From: Acidilobaceae archaeon
Lineage (GTDB): Archaea; Thermoproteota; Thermoprotei_A; Sulfolobales; Acidilobaceae
Assembly (NCBI GenBank): GCA_038897215.1
Contig: JAWAWX010000001.1
Span: forward strand, 352,001 to 416,000
DNA length: 64,000 bases
Direction: 5' to 3'
Position numbers and translations under genes: made by a program. Positions 10,465 to 19,785 of the stretch are shown in pieces. The notes beneath the pieces were generated by a model. The model had not been told where the DNA came from. It worked only from the letters and a program-made list of their open reading frames with translations, and made no database searches. Every line of letters starts with the position of its first letter. Positions within the stretch are counted from its first letter, which is position 1.

Positions 10465-10702
10465 GAGTAGCCCCCAGAGGAGCCCTCCGAGAGCCCGGCT
10501 CTAAGCCTTACCGCGCGCTCTCCTGCTCTCATCGCTCCAGCTTAGAGCTAACGCTAATAGCTACCGAGGGTCTCGGGTAGCTAGAGTGGAGGGCGGGGTG
10601 AAGAATCGCAAACCGGGGCTCGCCACGTGGCCTAGAGCTCTCGCGTGACCGCCCTCCCGATAAGCTTAATACGCGGCTTGCTAGTCATTCACGAGCGTAG
10701 AG

Positions 10703-11923
10703 GTGCGCGTATTGGCTAGAGTGCTCGCTACTGCTCTGCTAGCAGTTGTAGCATTGACTCTGCTAGCCTCCCTCTCTCTCGTAGCCTCGGCTGGGTCGAG
10801 GGTTTCTCTCTTGTACTCTATCGAGGGCAACGTGCTGAGAGTCTCTAACCCCTTCTACTCTCTGGAGCTCAACCTGGAGAACGGGCTCTCTCCAGTCTCC
10901 TGGATAGCGCTCGACGCTAGAGCAGAGTGGGGTAGCGTGGCGGGCTTCACTCTAGACGTTTGCTCGGATAAGGGGCTCGAGAGCGGAGCTCCAGCTCTCG
11001 GTAGCGTGGCGTGGACTCACAGCGTTCTCTCCGCTACCAGAGACGTTCTCGTAGTCTCTCTAAGACCCGCCGCAGCGGATACCTGTGCTTCTCCTCTCTC
11101 GGTGACACTGGTAGCTAGCTTCTACTCCTGGCTCCCCTACGTAGACGTGCTTCTAGTAGTCTCGAATGAAGGCAATGAGACTGTCAGACTTGCAGGTTCT
11201 CAGGGAGCTCCAGCTGTGGCAGTGAGCCTGCCCGTGGCTCCCGGCTACAGAGCTGTAGCCGTCTCTCTAGACCGCGTTGGCCTAGCTGTCCACGAGGAGC
11301 CCGGAGATTACCTGAAGATAGCTCCGAAAACAGCCGCCATAGCTTTACTCGCTGACGGCTCTCTGAGAGCCGTCTACGGCGTCTCCGACGCGAGCCTAGG
11401 AGTATACGCTGTTCTCTCCTTCAGCCTAGAGGAGGGCCGGGCTTTGCTCAAAGCAAGCCTGCCGGCTCGCTCTATCGCCTCAGGGGAGCACGCTGTCTTC
11501 AGCTTCAAGCTCGCTCTAGCTTCTAGCGATGCTATCGCCGCATCTCTAGCAGGCTTCGCTCCAGCCTACGCTACTCTAGAATCCGGGGGCTTCGAGACGC
11601 TCCTGAGCATACTCCCTCTGAAGAGGTATCTTGAAGAGAGCTCTCGCCTAGTGGAAGAGCTGAGAGGGGAGATTAGAGAACTCGAGGCCAAGGTGGGAGA
11701 ACTCGAGGCTAAGATAGAGGAGCTCGGGGAGCAGGCCGCGTTCTGGGAGAGCGAGGTGAAGATAAGAGAGGCTACGATAAGCGAGCTGAGAGCCAGGATA
11801 GACGAGCAGAACCTGATAGTCCTAGCTACTATGGCTCTAGGGCTGGCTCTAGGGCTAGCTGGGGGAGTCGTAGCCTACAAGGCTAGAGTAGAGCGCGCTA
11901 GAGGAGTCCCGAGGAGGAGGTGA
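10703..11923 (+). CDS. Secreted, C-terminally anchored protein with a coiled-coil stalk
   Basis: Signal peptide, beta-rich body, heptad coil (LVEELRGEIRELEAKVGELEAKIEEL), TM helix and basic tail. Confidence 0.75.
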   Translation: MRVLARVLATALLAVVALTLLASLSLVASAGSRVSLLYSIEGNVLRVSNPFYSLELNLENGLSPVSWIALDARAEWGSVAGFTLDVCSDKGLESGAPALGSVAWTHSVLSATRDVLVVSLRPAAADTCASPLSVTLVASFYSWLPYVDVLLVVSNEGNETVRLAGSQGAPAVAVSLPVAPGYRAVAVSLDRVGLAVHEEPGDYLKIAPKTAAIALLADGSLRAVYGVSDASLGVYAVLSFSLEEGRALLKASLPARSIASGEHAVFSFKLALASSDAIAASLAGFAPAYATLESGGFETLLSILPLKRYLEESSRLVEELRGEIRELEAKVGELEAKIEELGEQAAFWESEVKIREATISELRARIDEQNLIVLATMALGLALGLAGGVVAYKARVERARGVPRRR

Positions 11924-12953
11924 TGGCTTTCGAGCCTGAAGAGATACCCCTTTCCTAGCCGACCCTGAGAGGTATGCTTCAGCGAGGCTCTCATCGGCTA
12001 GAGCCTTCGAGGAGCTAGTGTGCTCAGACGAGGTCCTCCTCTCTAAGAGCGTGGAGAGAATCAGAGCCGCTAGAGAGGGCTGGCTCCAGAGCTTCGTCGA
12101 GAAGCTCGACTTAGACTCTCAAGTCTACACGTTCTGGATAGCTCTCCTAGCTCTGAGAGAAGCGGGGAGCGTTAGGCTCCTGGATGAGTTCATCGAGAGA
12201 GAGCTGGAGCTAGCTAGGAGGCACCTAGACTCGGAGGAAGACCGGGACGTATTGAGGATAGCTGAGAGCCTAGGGCTTAGAGTAAAGCCCGCTGAGCTAA
12301 GAGTAGCAGTCTCGAGGAGAGAGAGGGGGGAGCTTCTCTACAAGGTCTTCGGCTACGCCATCCCACTCAGAGACTTTCTGAGAGTCTCCTCCAAGTCGAG
12401 AGCTGGAGAGCTGAGACTCGTGAACAACCCTGTGAGAGACGGGGTAGTCTACCTAGACGGAGAGACTCTGAGACTACTCGTCTCCGAGGCTTTCCGAGCC
12501 CGGCTAGCTGAGAAGCTGAGAGAGATAGAGGCTCCCGAGAGCCCCGCTTTCAGAGAGCTAGCTGAGAAGCTGAGAGAGATAGAGGCGCTGGCGCTCAGCG
12601 GTCTCGATGAGCTCTCCCTGCCTCAGTGTATCAGAGAACTCGCTACCAAGGCGTCGAAAGAGAGCTTGAGCGACCTGGAGGCTCACACGATAGTGTCATT
12701 CCTGAAGGCTTCCGGAGCTCCGAGAGACGCTGTAGCGGTCATGCTGAAGAAGCTAGGCTTAGCTGACGAGCGTGTAGCCGAGACGATAGCGAGAGCTCTC
12801 GAGGAGATAGAGGCTCCAGGGCCTCTGAGATGCGAAGAGCTCAGAAAGCGTGGTGTCTGCGACTGCGATAGAGACCTCACTCTAGAGTATCGAGAGCGCA
12901 GAAGCCGGGGTTCTGGGAGAGCTCGCGAGCCAGAGCATCGAGCCTCCTCCTAG
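11923..12953 (+). CDS. priL: DNA primase large subunit (5' end frame-disrupted; open frame starts at 11940)
   Basis: LVNNPVRDGVVYL, LPQCI, C-terminal CEELRKRGVCDC; the N-terminal YPFL motif is split across two frames. Confidence 0.75.
12503..12586 (+). repeat. 30-bp perfect direct repeat, period 54 (LAEKLREIEA x2), inside priL
   Basis: gctagctgagaagctgagagagatagaggc at 12503-12532 and 12557-12586. Confidence 0.9.
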
Positions 12954-13500
12954 ACTTCTCTAGTAGAGCGTTCGACTCCGAGACCAAGAGCTCTAGAGCC
13001 TCCTCGCTGACGAGGTCTACTCCTCTAAGCCTCAGGGGGGCTATCATCTGAACACTACTCATCACCTCGAAGGCGTAGCCTAGCCTAGGGTGCTTGGAGA
13101 CGACTCCGCTGTGCTTGAACCCGTGTCTTCTAGCCGCGCTGAGAGCGTAGAAAGCGCAGGAGAGCCTAAGTGTCCTGAAGTGGACTATGGGGCCGCTGAC
13201 TTTGAGCCAGAGGCTCTCGAAGCCTCTCCTCAGGACTCTAGAGACCTCCTCCACAGTGATCGGGTCGTGGGTCTTGTAGACTACTCTGGCTCTCCTCCTG
13301 CTCCAGTGCTCCTCCCCCTCGACCACTGTTATCCTGCCGATACAGCTACTAGTAGTGAGGAGTAGAGGCGGCTTGTTGAGCGCCTCTATCAACGCCTCTG
13401 CTCCCGGGTCTAGGTACCCTACGATCCTCTCGTCTAGAAGCTCTCCGAGCACTCTCCTCTTGTACTCCAGCCACTCCTCAACTCCTAGCTTCTGCTTCAG
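12877..13500 (-). CDS. taw3: tRNA wybutosine/wyosine methyltransferase Taw3/Tyw3 (probable CTG start at 13500)
   Basis: GYLD, TTSSCIGRI, KTH, GPIVH, GFKHSG. Confidence 0.88.
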   Translation of the reverse strand: MKQKLGVEEWLEYKRRVLGELLDERIVGYLDPGAEALIEALNKPPLLLTTSSCIGRITVVEGEEHWSRRRARVVYKTHDPITVEEVSRVLRRGFESLWLKVSGPIVHFRTLRLSCAFYALSAARRHGFKHSGVVSKHPRLGYAFEVMSSVQMIAPLRLRGVDLVSEEALELLVSESNALLEKSRRRLDALARELSQNPGFCALDTLE

Positions 13501-14311
13501 TGTCTACCACCACCTGAGCCAGCCTGGGCCCGACCTTCCTGACTGTTCTAGAGCGCAGAAGCCTAGCTCTCCAGCCGAGCTCCTCGAGCCTGGCTGAGAC
13601 GAGCTTCTCTGCTTCAGCCAAGTGCTCCCCCCTCTTCCCCATAGGCACGTGGAGGTAGAAGTGCACCCAGCCTCTGTCTCCTCTTAGAGCTTTGAGAGCG
13701 TAGGGAGCATACTCTAGAGCTAGGTCTGGGAGCGGCATCAGGACTCTGTCAGCTACCCCTACCAGCTTCTCCTCGACTACTCTAGCCGCGTCTCCTAGGT
13801 GTGCTACCACTCTATCGGAGACCTTGTTGAGTTCTATGTTCTCGAGCATGAGCTTGTAGGCGTGCTCGTTTATGTCTATACTGTGGACTAGCCTGGCTTG
13901 AGCTCTCTTGGCTATTATTATGGAGAACGTCCCTACTCCAGCGAACATGTTGACAACGACCTCCCCGGGCTCTACCAGAGAGGCTACTCGAGCGTGCTCG
14001 AATGAGAGCCTCGGGGTTATGAAGACTCTGGCTATGTCTACCTTGAATATGCAGCCGTGCTCTCTGTACGTTGTGACTGTTCTCTCCTCCCCAGCTAGGT
14101 GGACGAGCCTCCTGGTCTTGAAGGGGGGCTCAGTGGGGCTTACTGCTAGCCAGACCGACTTGATGTAGGGGAGGCTCTTCATCAGCTCTAAAGCTAGAGC
14201 TCTGTAGTCTTCTATCGATAGGCTCGAGGAGAAAGGCTTCTTGAGTACCGCTATGTCCCCTACTACTTCTAGAGTGCTCCAGACCTCTCCCGCCTTGTCT
14301 GCTCCGAGCAC
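13478..14311 (-). CDS. Trm5/Taw2 (Met-10+) family SAM-dependent tRNA G37 modification enzyme
   Basis: VVGDIA, REHGC.FKVD, NMFAGVG.FSI, IDINE, NIELN, DRVLMPLP; adjacent to taw3. Confidence 0.88.
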   Translation of the reverse strand: MLGADKAGEVWSTLEVVGDIAVLKKPFSSSLSIEDYRALALELMKSLPYIKSVWLAVSPTEPPFKTRRLVHLAGEERTVTTYREHGCIFKVDIARVFITPRLSFEHARVASLVEPGEVVVNMFAGVGTFSIIIAKRAQARLVHSIDINEHAYKLMLENIELNKVSDRVVAHLGDAARVVEEKLVGVADRVLMPLPDLALEYAPYALKALRGDRGWVHFYLHVPMGKRGEHLAEAEKLVSARLEELGWRARLLRSRTVRKVGPRLAQVVVDTEAEARS

Positions 14312-14354
14312 TCTCTCAGCTATAGCCTTGACGATCCGGGCCGCTCTCGAGCAC

Positions 14355-14412
14355 CCCCGTCAGCTGGGATGGATTGCATCACCGCTCATTATTGGAGTCA
14401 CTCATCACCACT
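14355..14412 (-). ncRNA. Box C/D sRNA
   Basis: Minus strand: C GTGATGA - GTGACTCCAATA - D' ATGA - GCG - C' GTGATG - CAATCCATCCCAG - D CTGA. Confidence 0.85.
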
Positions 14413-14449
14413 GTCTGGTAGCCTGCTCGGAGGCTTTTCTGCTGTATCT

Positions 14450-15550
14450 CTAGCTCTCAACATCTCCGGGCTCTAGCTTCTCGTGTATAGCTGAGGCTAT
14501 GGCTGTAAGAGCTGATGATGCTGCGAGCTCTGTCGAGAGAACGATCCCGGGAGCAAGGTCTACGACGTAGTCAGCGAATCTGAACAAGCCCGTGGGGACT
14601 CCGCTCCTCGCTCCCACCATGAGGTTCACTCTCCTCCCGGACCTGAAGGCTCTGAGTAGGAGCTCAGCCAGCTCTCCTGAGACTCTCGAGAAGGGCTCCC
14701 CCTCGGGCTCGAAGATCACTAGAGGCTCTCCCACTCTGCTCCTAACGAACTGGTGCATATCCTGGACTCTCACCGAAACCCTCCTCACCTGCCTCCCATA
14801 GCTCCTCTTCTGGACCTCGAACCTGGACTCAACCCCCTCTAGCACTCCTGATATGAAGTAGGCTAGAGGCTCAGCGTCCACTGCCCCCACTGGGGCTACT
14901 ACGAGCTCCCCGACTTCGAAAGACTGGACTGCTCTCCCGACCCTGGCTCCCATCAATTTAGCCGCGTCGAGAGGACCCAGGTAGGGCTCGTGGGCTAGAC
15001 TGAGTCTCCAGAAGAACTTGTAGAGAGGCTTCTTCCCCCTACCGGTCTTCTTGTAGAACTCTGAGCCTTTCAGAACTGAGAGGTAGGCTCTGCCGCCTAT
15101 TATGTTGACGAAGAAGACTTTGTCGGGCTCCTCCAAGTCGACCTCTGCTCCAGTAGCCTCCTTGACTGCTGCTCCAGCAGCCACGTTCACGTCTATGCTG
15201 GTGAAGCTGTGAGACCCCCTTCTCACAGTCCTCACAGCAAAGCTCTCTCCAGGCTTGAGAAAGCTCCTAGAGAGTTCTGCTACCGCTCCCGCTATAGACT
15301 CGAGGTCTGCGTCGACCTCCTTCTCTACGACGAACACCTTCTCGACTTCGGGCACACTCTTCCTGATAGCCTCCGCTGCCTCAGCCTTACTCCCAGCTCT
15401 GCAGACCACGACTAGCCCCTTGAAGCCAAGAGGAGACGCTACAACCACAGCTCCCGGAAGCACTTCTGAGACATAGCTCGCAGCGACTCTCTCCAAGTCT
15501 AGGCTAGTAGTGAGAATGATGTCCACAGGCTCGCAGACCTCTACCCCCAA
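14450..15550 (-). CDS. THUMP domain + SPOUT methyltransferase fusion (AF2226-like)
   Basis: THUMP: SFAVRTVRRG.HSFTSIDVN...G, VDLEEPDK. SPOUT knot: EPEG, VGARSGVP, DLAP..LSTE. Confidence 0.85.
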   Translation of the reverse strand: MGVEVCEPVDIILTTSLDLERVAASYVSEVLPGAVVVASPLGFKGLVVVCRAGSKAEAAEAIRKSVPEVEKVFVVEKEVDADLESIAGAVAELSRSFLKPGESFAVRTVRRGSHSFTSIDVNVAAGAAVKEATGAEVDLEEPDKVFFVNIIGGRAYLSVLKGSEFYKKTGRGKKPLYKFFWRLSLAHEPYLGPLDAAKLMGARVGRAVQSFEVGELVVAPVGAVDAEPLAYFISGVLEGVESRFEVQKRSYGRQVRRVSVRVQDMHQFVRSRVGEPLVIFEPEGEPFSRVSGELAELLLRAFRSGRRVNLMVGARSGVPTGLFRFADYVVDLAPGIVLSTELAASSALTAIASAIHEKLEPGDVES

Positions 15551-15816
15551 CCTCCCCCCAGACTCTAGAAGCTAGAAGCCCGGAGCTGTTCTCTCTTCTC
15601 GCTCTCAACACTCGCTGTAGACGCTCCTACAACCTTTCGAGAACTCCGCCAGTACACCAAGACCCCCTCTGCTGGAAGTCGTGCAGGCGACCCTGCGCTC
15701 AGAGCAGTGCTGGAGTCTTTGAGCACGTCCATCCCGACTTCTAGAGCTCCCCCAAGAAGCCTCCTAGAGCCTTGGGGGGTCTACGCTAGCGCTCGTGGCG
15801 CGCTAGTTGCTCACGT

Positions 15817-17103
15817 CTAGGCCTCCTGCTCGCTGAGAGGAGAGCTCTTGAGGAGGCTGACGGCTCTCCTCAAGACTTCCTCGAGGCTGACGTTCATGGC
15901 TCTAGAGAGCTCCTGTAGCTCCTCCGCTAGGTCAGCGGAGACCTCTATGAGGGCTCGCGCGCGCCCCGTCTTCGACGCTCTCCTGGCTAGCTCTCCGGCT
16001 ACCTCCTCGAGTCTTCGCGCATCGAACGAGACCCCGTCGGCTACCATGACTCCCTCTGACTCGAGTTCTCTCCTGAGCTCCTGAGGCAGAGCTACTCTAG
16101 AGACTAGGATCATGAGGTCGGGCTTGTACGTGGACTTGTATAGGAGGAGGAGCTTCGGCTCCTTGACTCTGAGAGCTCTCCCCTCTTCAGCTCTCCTCCT
16201 AGCCTCCGCTCTACCCACTCCGAGAGCCTCTGCTAGGCCCTCCCAGAGGCCCTCGAGCCACATAGATGCCCACTCCTCAGCGCTGATCGGTCTGCCGAAG
16301 TAGCCCTTGAGGTCTCTCGCTCTCTCCCACCACTCCTCTAGCTCCTTGAACTCTATGATCACGCTGGGCCTCCTCACCGGAGGGCTTCTCGAGAAGTCAA
16401 CCATGTCCAGGGTCCAGCCCTCGTAGACCATGGCGTCGGGCCGTAGAGCAGTGTAAAGCCCCCATATCCTCCTCAAGTCTCTCGAGTCCTCCCAGCTCAG
16501 CGGCCTGGGGGCTTCGTGGAAGAGGCTCAAGCAGCCTCTCGTTATCTCGCAGAGGACAGCGTTCGGTGGTATCGAGCCGAGCCTCTGCTTCCCGCTTCTA
16601 TCGAAGCTCAGGTAGCCGTGCTCTGGGTAGGCTAGCCTGAAGCCTCTCTCGGCTAGGAGAGCTAGGATCGATGAGAGGCCCCAGACTTGGTAGAGGCTCC
16701 TCATATTTGCTCTTAGAGAAGTCGTGACAGCCGCTCTAGCCTTAGAGACGTACTCCTCGAGAGGAGTCAAGCCTCTGAGAAGGTCTAGAGTGTAAGTGAA
16801 CAGCTTCTTCCTCAAATGGGCTCTAGGCTCCTCCACGAAGGACTTGAGCTCCTTCGGTAGAGTCACTCCTCTGAGCGCTAGCTTGTGCTCGAGAGCCTCT
16901 ACTGCCGCGAGAGCCTCTACTATCCAATGCTCTGCCTCGATGATCTCGGAGCTCGCGACGCTATCCACAACACAGTTCTTGAATCTCTCTGCTAGAACTA
17001 GAGCCTCGCTACTAGCGTACCTAGGGACTCTGCCTCTCTCCTCGACTAAGACGAGCCCTCTGGCTTCTTCTAAGACCTCGAGACAAGCCCTCACGCTCTC
17101 CAT
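15817..17103 (-). CDS. Hypothetical protein, candidate PD-(D/E)XK nuclease with C-terminal RHH-like segment
   Basis: LRPDAMV...VIIEFKE; C-terminal IEVSADLAEELQELSRAMNVSLEEVLRRAV. Confidence 0.6.
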   Translation of the reverse strand: MESVRACLEVLEEARGLVLVEERGRVPRYASSEALVLAERFKNCVVDSVASSEIIEAEHWIVEALAAVEALEHKLALRGVTLPKELKSFVEEPRAHLRKKLFTYTLDLLRGLTPLEEYVSKARAAVTTSLRANMRSLYQVWGLSSILALLAERGFRLAYPEHGYLSFDRSGKQRLGSIPPNAVLCEITRGCLSLFHEAPRPLSWEDSRDLRRIWGLYTALRPDAMVYEGWTLDMVDFSRSPPVRRPSVIIEFKELEEWWERARDLKGYFGRPISAEEWASMWLEGLWEGLAEALGVGRAEARRRAEEGRALRVKEPKLLLLYKSTYKPDLMILVSRVALPQELRRELESEGVMVADGVSFDARRLEEVAGELARRASKTGRARALIEVSADLAEELQELSRAMNVSLEEVLRRAVSLLKSSPLSEQEA

Positions 17104-17152
17104 CCCGTCTAGCTATCTAGCTCCCCGCTGGGAGCGCTCTAGCTCAGCGCTA

Positions 17153-17878
17153 TTACTTCTTGCGCCTCCTAGACAGATACTCTAGAGCCTCCTCGTCGCT
17201 TACATCATGCCACTCTCTGTAAGCGTCTGCTACAGCGTAATACGGTCCAGCTCTCAGATTGAGCACGAACGTCTCATCGGCTCTCTCAGATGCGATTATG
17301 GCTCCCTCTAGGCTTGCTGTGGGAGCTGCTAGCGTGACACTAGAGGCTCCATGCCTCCTGAGGAAGGCTGCAGCTACTCTCGCCGTGTACCCTGTAGCTA
17401 TGCCGTCGTCTACCAGTATGACTCTCCTATCTCTGACCCCGGAGTAGTCGAGGCTCCCCCTTAGCTTCAGCGTTCTCTCTCTGACGTGCGCGACCAGCCT
17501 CCTAATCTTCTCCTCTAATTCTCTCGGAGTGTACCCGGCTAGCGGGAGAGCTCTCTCCTCCAGCTCCACCGACCCGTCTAGATCTACTGCTCCAAAGCCA
17601 GCTTCCGTGGTCCACGGGAACGTTATCTTCTTGACCACGACTACGTCCAAGTCTAAGCCCAGCTCTTCTGCCACATAGAACGCTACCGGAACTCCTCCAG
17701 CAGCGAGAGCCACGACTAGAGAGTCCTCGAAGTAGCCCGACGCCTGCTTCAGGAAGCCCGCTAGAGCCCTCCCGGCCTCCGCTCTGTCAGCAAAGACCTC
17801 TACTCTCCAGCTGTAGTCCTCGCAGTAGACAACTCCTCTCCTCAGCTCGGATACCTTGGAGCAAGCCAGAGCCTCCAC
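17153..17878 (-). CDS. Type I phosphoribosyltransferase family protein
   Basis: FADRAEAG, GGVPVA, PRPP loop VILVDDGIATG.T. Confidence 0.9.
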   Translation of the reverse strand: MEALACSKVSELRRGVVYCEDYSWRVEVFADRAEAGRALAGFLKQASGYFEDSLVVALAAGGVPVAFYVAEELGLDLDVVVVKKITFPWTTEAGFGAVDLDGSVELEERALPLAGYTPRELEEKIRRLVAHVRERTLKLRGSLDYSGVRDRRVILVDDGIATGYTARVAAAFLRRHGASSVTLAAPTASLEGAIIASERADETFVLNLRAGPYYAVADAYREWHDVSDEEALEYLSRRRKK

Positions 17879-17960
17879 CAGGCTCTAGGCTAGCTCGAGC
17901 GAGAGCGCTTCTCTCTTTCCACGGAGATAGAGAGGAGTAGAGAAGACTCGCTAGCCTCAT

Positions 17961-18737
17961 CTAGGAGCTGGACTCGCGCCAGCTCACGGGGATCACTGCT
18001 CTGAGTTGTCTCAAGACCATGGCCTTGACTCCATACACTTTCTCCACCAGCTCCGAGGTCAGAACGCTCTCAGGCCTCCCCTCGGCTACTACTTCGCCAC
18101 TATTGAGGACGTAGACTCTATCAGACATTCTCATCGCTTGAGTCAAGTCGTGGAGAGAGACCACGACGGTTATGCCCTCGCTTCTAGCCAGCTTCTCTAC
18201 GACCTCCTGGACTTCTATCTGGTGTCTTAAGTCGAGGTGAGTCGTGGGCTCGTCTAGCAGAAGCACTCTAGGCTCTACTGCTAGAGCTCTGGCTATAGAG
18301 GCTAGCTGTAGCTCCCCCCCGCTGACTCTCGACACGTCTCTCTCGGCTAGGTGCTCCGCGCCTACCGTCTTGAGGGCTCTCAGCGAGACCTCGTAGTCTA
18401 TACTAGTTGGAGCCAGCTTTATCCAGGGCTTTCTACCGGTGAGCACGTACTCGAGAACAGTGAGACCCTCGGGCACCTGAACTCTCTGGGGGACATAGCC
18501 GACAAGCTTGGCGACCACGCCTCTAGGGGCTCTCGCCACGTCCACTCCCTCTACTAACACTCTCCCCCTCCTAGGCTTCACTATACCGCATATAGTCTTG
18601 AGCAACGTAGTCTTCCCGGCCCCGTTGGGCCCGATTACCGCGACAACCTCCCCCTCTTCTGCTCTCAGCGCGACCCCCTTGAGCACGTCTCGAGAGCCGT
18701 AGGATACATAGAGGTCTGAAACCTCGACTCTAGCCAT
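17961..18737 (-). CDS. Fe-siderophore/cobalamin-type ABC ATP-binding protein
   Basis: GPNGAGKTT, VSGGE.Q, LLLDEPT.HLD, LHD. Confidence 0.92.
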   Translation of the reverse strand: MARVEVSDLYVSYGSRDVLKGVALRAEEGEVVAVIGPNGAGKTTLLKTICGIVKPRRGRVLVEGVDVARAPRGVVAKLVGYVPQRVQVPEGLTVLEYVLTGRKPWIKLAPTSIDYEVSLRALKTVGAEHLAERDVSRVSGGELQLASIARALAVEPRVLLLDEPTTHLDLRHQIEVQEVVEKLARSEGITVVVSLHDLTQAMRMSDRVYVLNSGEVVAEGRPESVLTSELVEKVYGVKAMVLRQLRAVIPVSWRESSS

Positions 18738-19785
18738 GGCGTCTCAAAGCCTCCCTGCCTAGGAGGAGAGCTAGAAGCAGAGGGGCTCCTAGAAGAGACC
18801 CGACGACCCCGACGGGTAGCACAGCCGGGGCTATCACCGACCTCCCGATCGAGTCGGCTAGAGTGACGAGTAGCGCTCCGGCTAGAGCGGAAGCCGGGGT
18901 CACAAACCTGTAGCTATGCCCTACGAGTAGCCTCACTATGTGAGGAGCTATCAGACATATGAATGCGAGAACCCCCATGAACGCAGTGACTAGAGCAGCG
19001 GCTACCGTAGCTGCTACCGCTAGCTCTAGCCGGGCTCTTCGAGGATTCAAGCCAGAGGAGGCTGCTATCTCGTCTCCTAGGCTCAGCAAGTCTAGGTCTA
19101 GCGAGAGAGACCTAGCAACAAGGTAGGCTAGGATCAAGAATATGGGTATCGAGATGAATCTAAGCTCTAGCCACGAGGGCCTCCCCACGTCGCCGAAGAG
19201 CCAGAACGTGAGCATAGCTACTCTGAGCTCGTTGAATCTAACGTACTGGATGAGGTTGACTAGAGCTCCGTAGAAGAAGCTCATTGCTATAGCGGCTAGG
19301 ATGAGAGCTCTCTCAGTGAGCCCGGCTACGTACGCTAAAGCAAGAATTATCGCTAGCTGGACTAGAGCAGAGACTAGAGCAGCAGCCGCCAAGACGTAGG
19401 GGTTCTCGACTCTCAAGAACCACTGGGTAACCCCGCCTCCCAGCTCGAAGACAATCAGCGCCACGGCCACACCTAGGGCAGCCGCGTGAGATATGCCTAG
19501 AGTGAAGGGGGAAGCTAGAGGGTTCCTCAAGACTCCCTGCATGACTGCTCCAGCAGCCCCTAGAGCCATCCCGGCTACTATAGACGCTACGAGCCTCCTG
19601 ACTCTGAGATTAGCGACCACCGAGGCCATGGGGTCGCTAGTCTCGAGCCCTAGAGCCCCCCGGACCAGGTCTCCTAGAGAGACCCCGTAGGCTCCTATAG
19701 ATAAGTGGATCGGGATGACTGCTAGCAGAGCTAGGAGGAGAGCGAGGACAGCAATGTGCCTCCTATCAGCCAACGCTACGGACAC
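18730..19785 (-). CDS. FecCD/BtuC-family ABC permease
   Basis: Q.VLRNPLASPFTLGIS..A, LSLGDE.A...G, APHIVR. Confidence 0.92.
   Translation of the reverse strand: MSVALADRRHIAVLALLLALLAVIPIHLSIGAYGVSLGDLVRGALGLETSDPMASVVANLRVRRLVASIVAGMALGAAGAVMQGVLRNPLASPFTLGISHAAALGVAVALIVFELGGGVTQWFLRVENPYVLAAAALVSALVQLAIILALAYVAGLTERALILAAIAMSFFYGALVNLIQYVRFNELRVAMLTFWLFGDVGRPSWLELRFISIPIFLILAYLVARSLSLDLDLLSLGDEIAASSGLNPRRARLELAVAATVAAALVTAFMGVLAFICLIAPHIVRLLVGHSYRFVTPASALAGALLVTLADSIGRSVIAPAVLPVGVVGSLLGAPLLLALLLGREALRRHG

Noticed and set aside
11948-11954. CCCTTTC as a programmed -1 slippery heptamer in priL
   Set aside because: Its phase would shift ribosomes out of, not into, the long frame.
15565-15732. 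55-aa minus-strand ORF MDVLKDSST... in the intergenic gap
   Set aside because: No motif or clear promoter; cannot be distinguished from chance.
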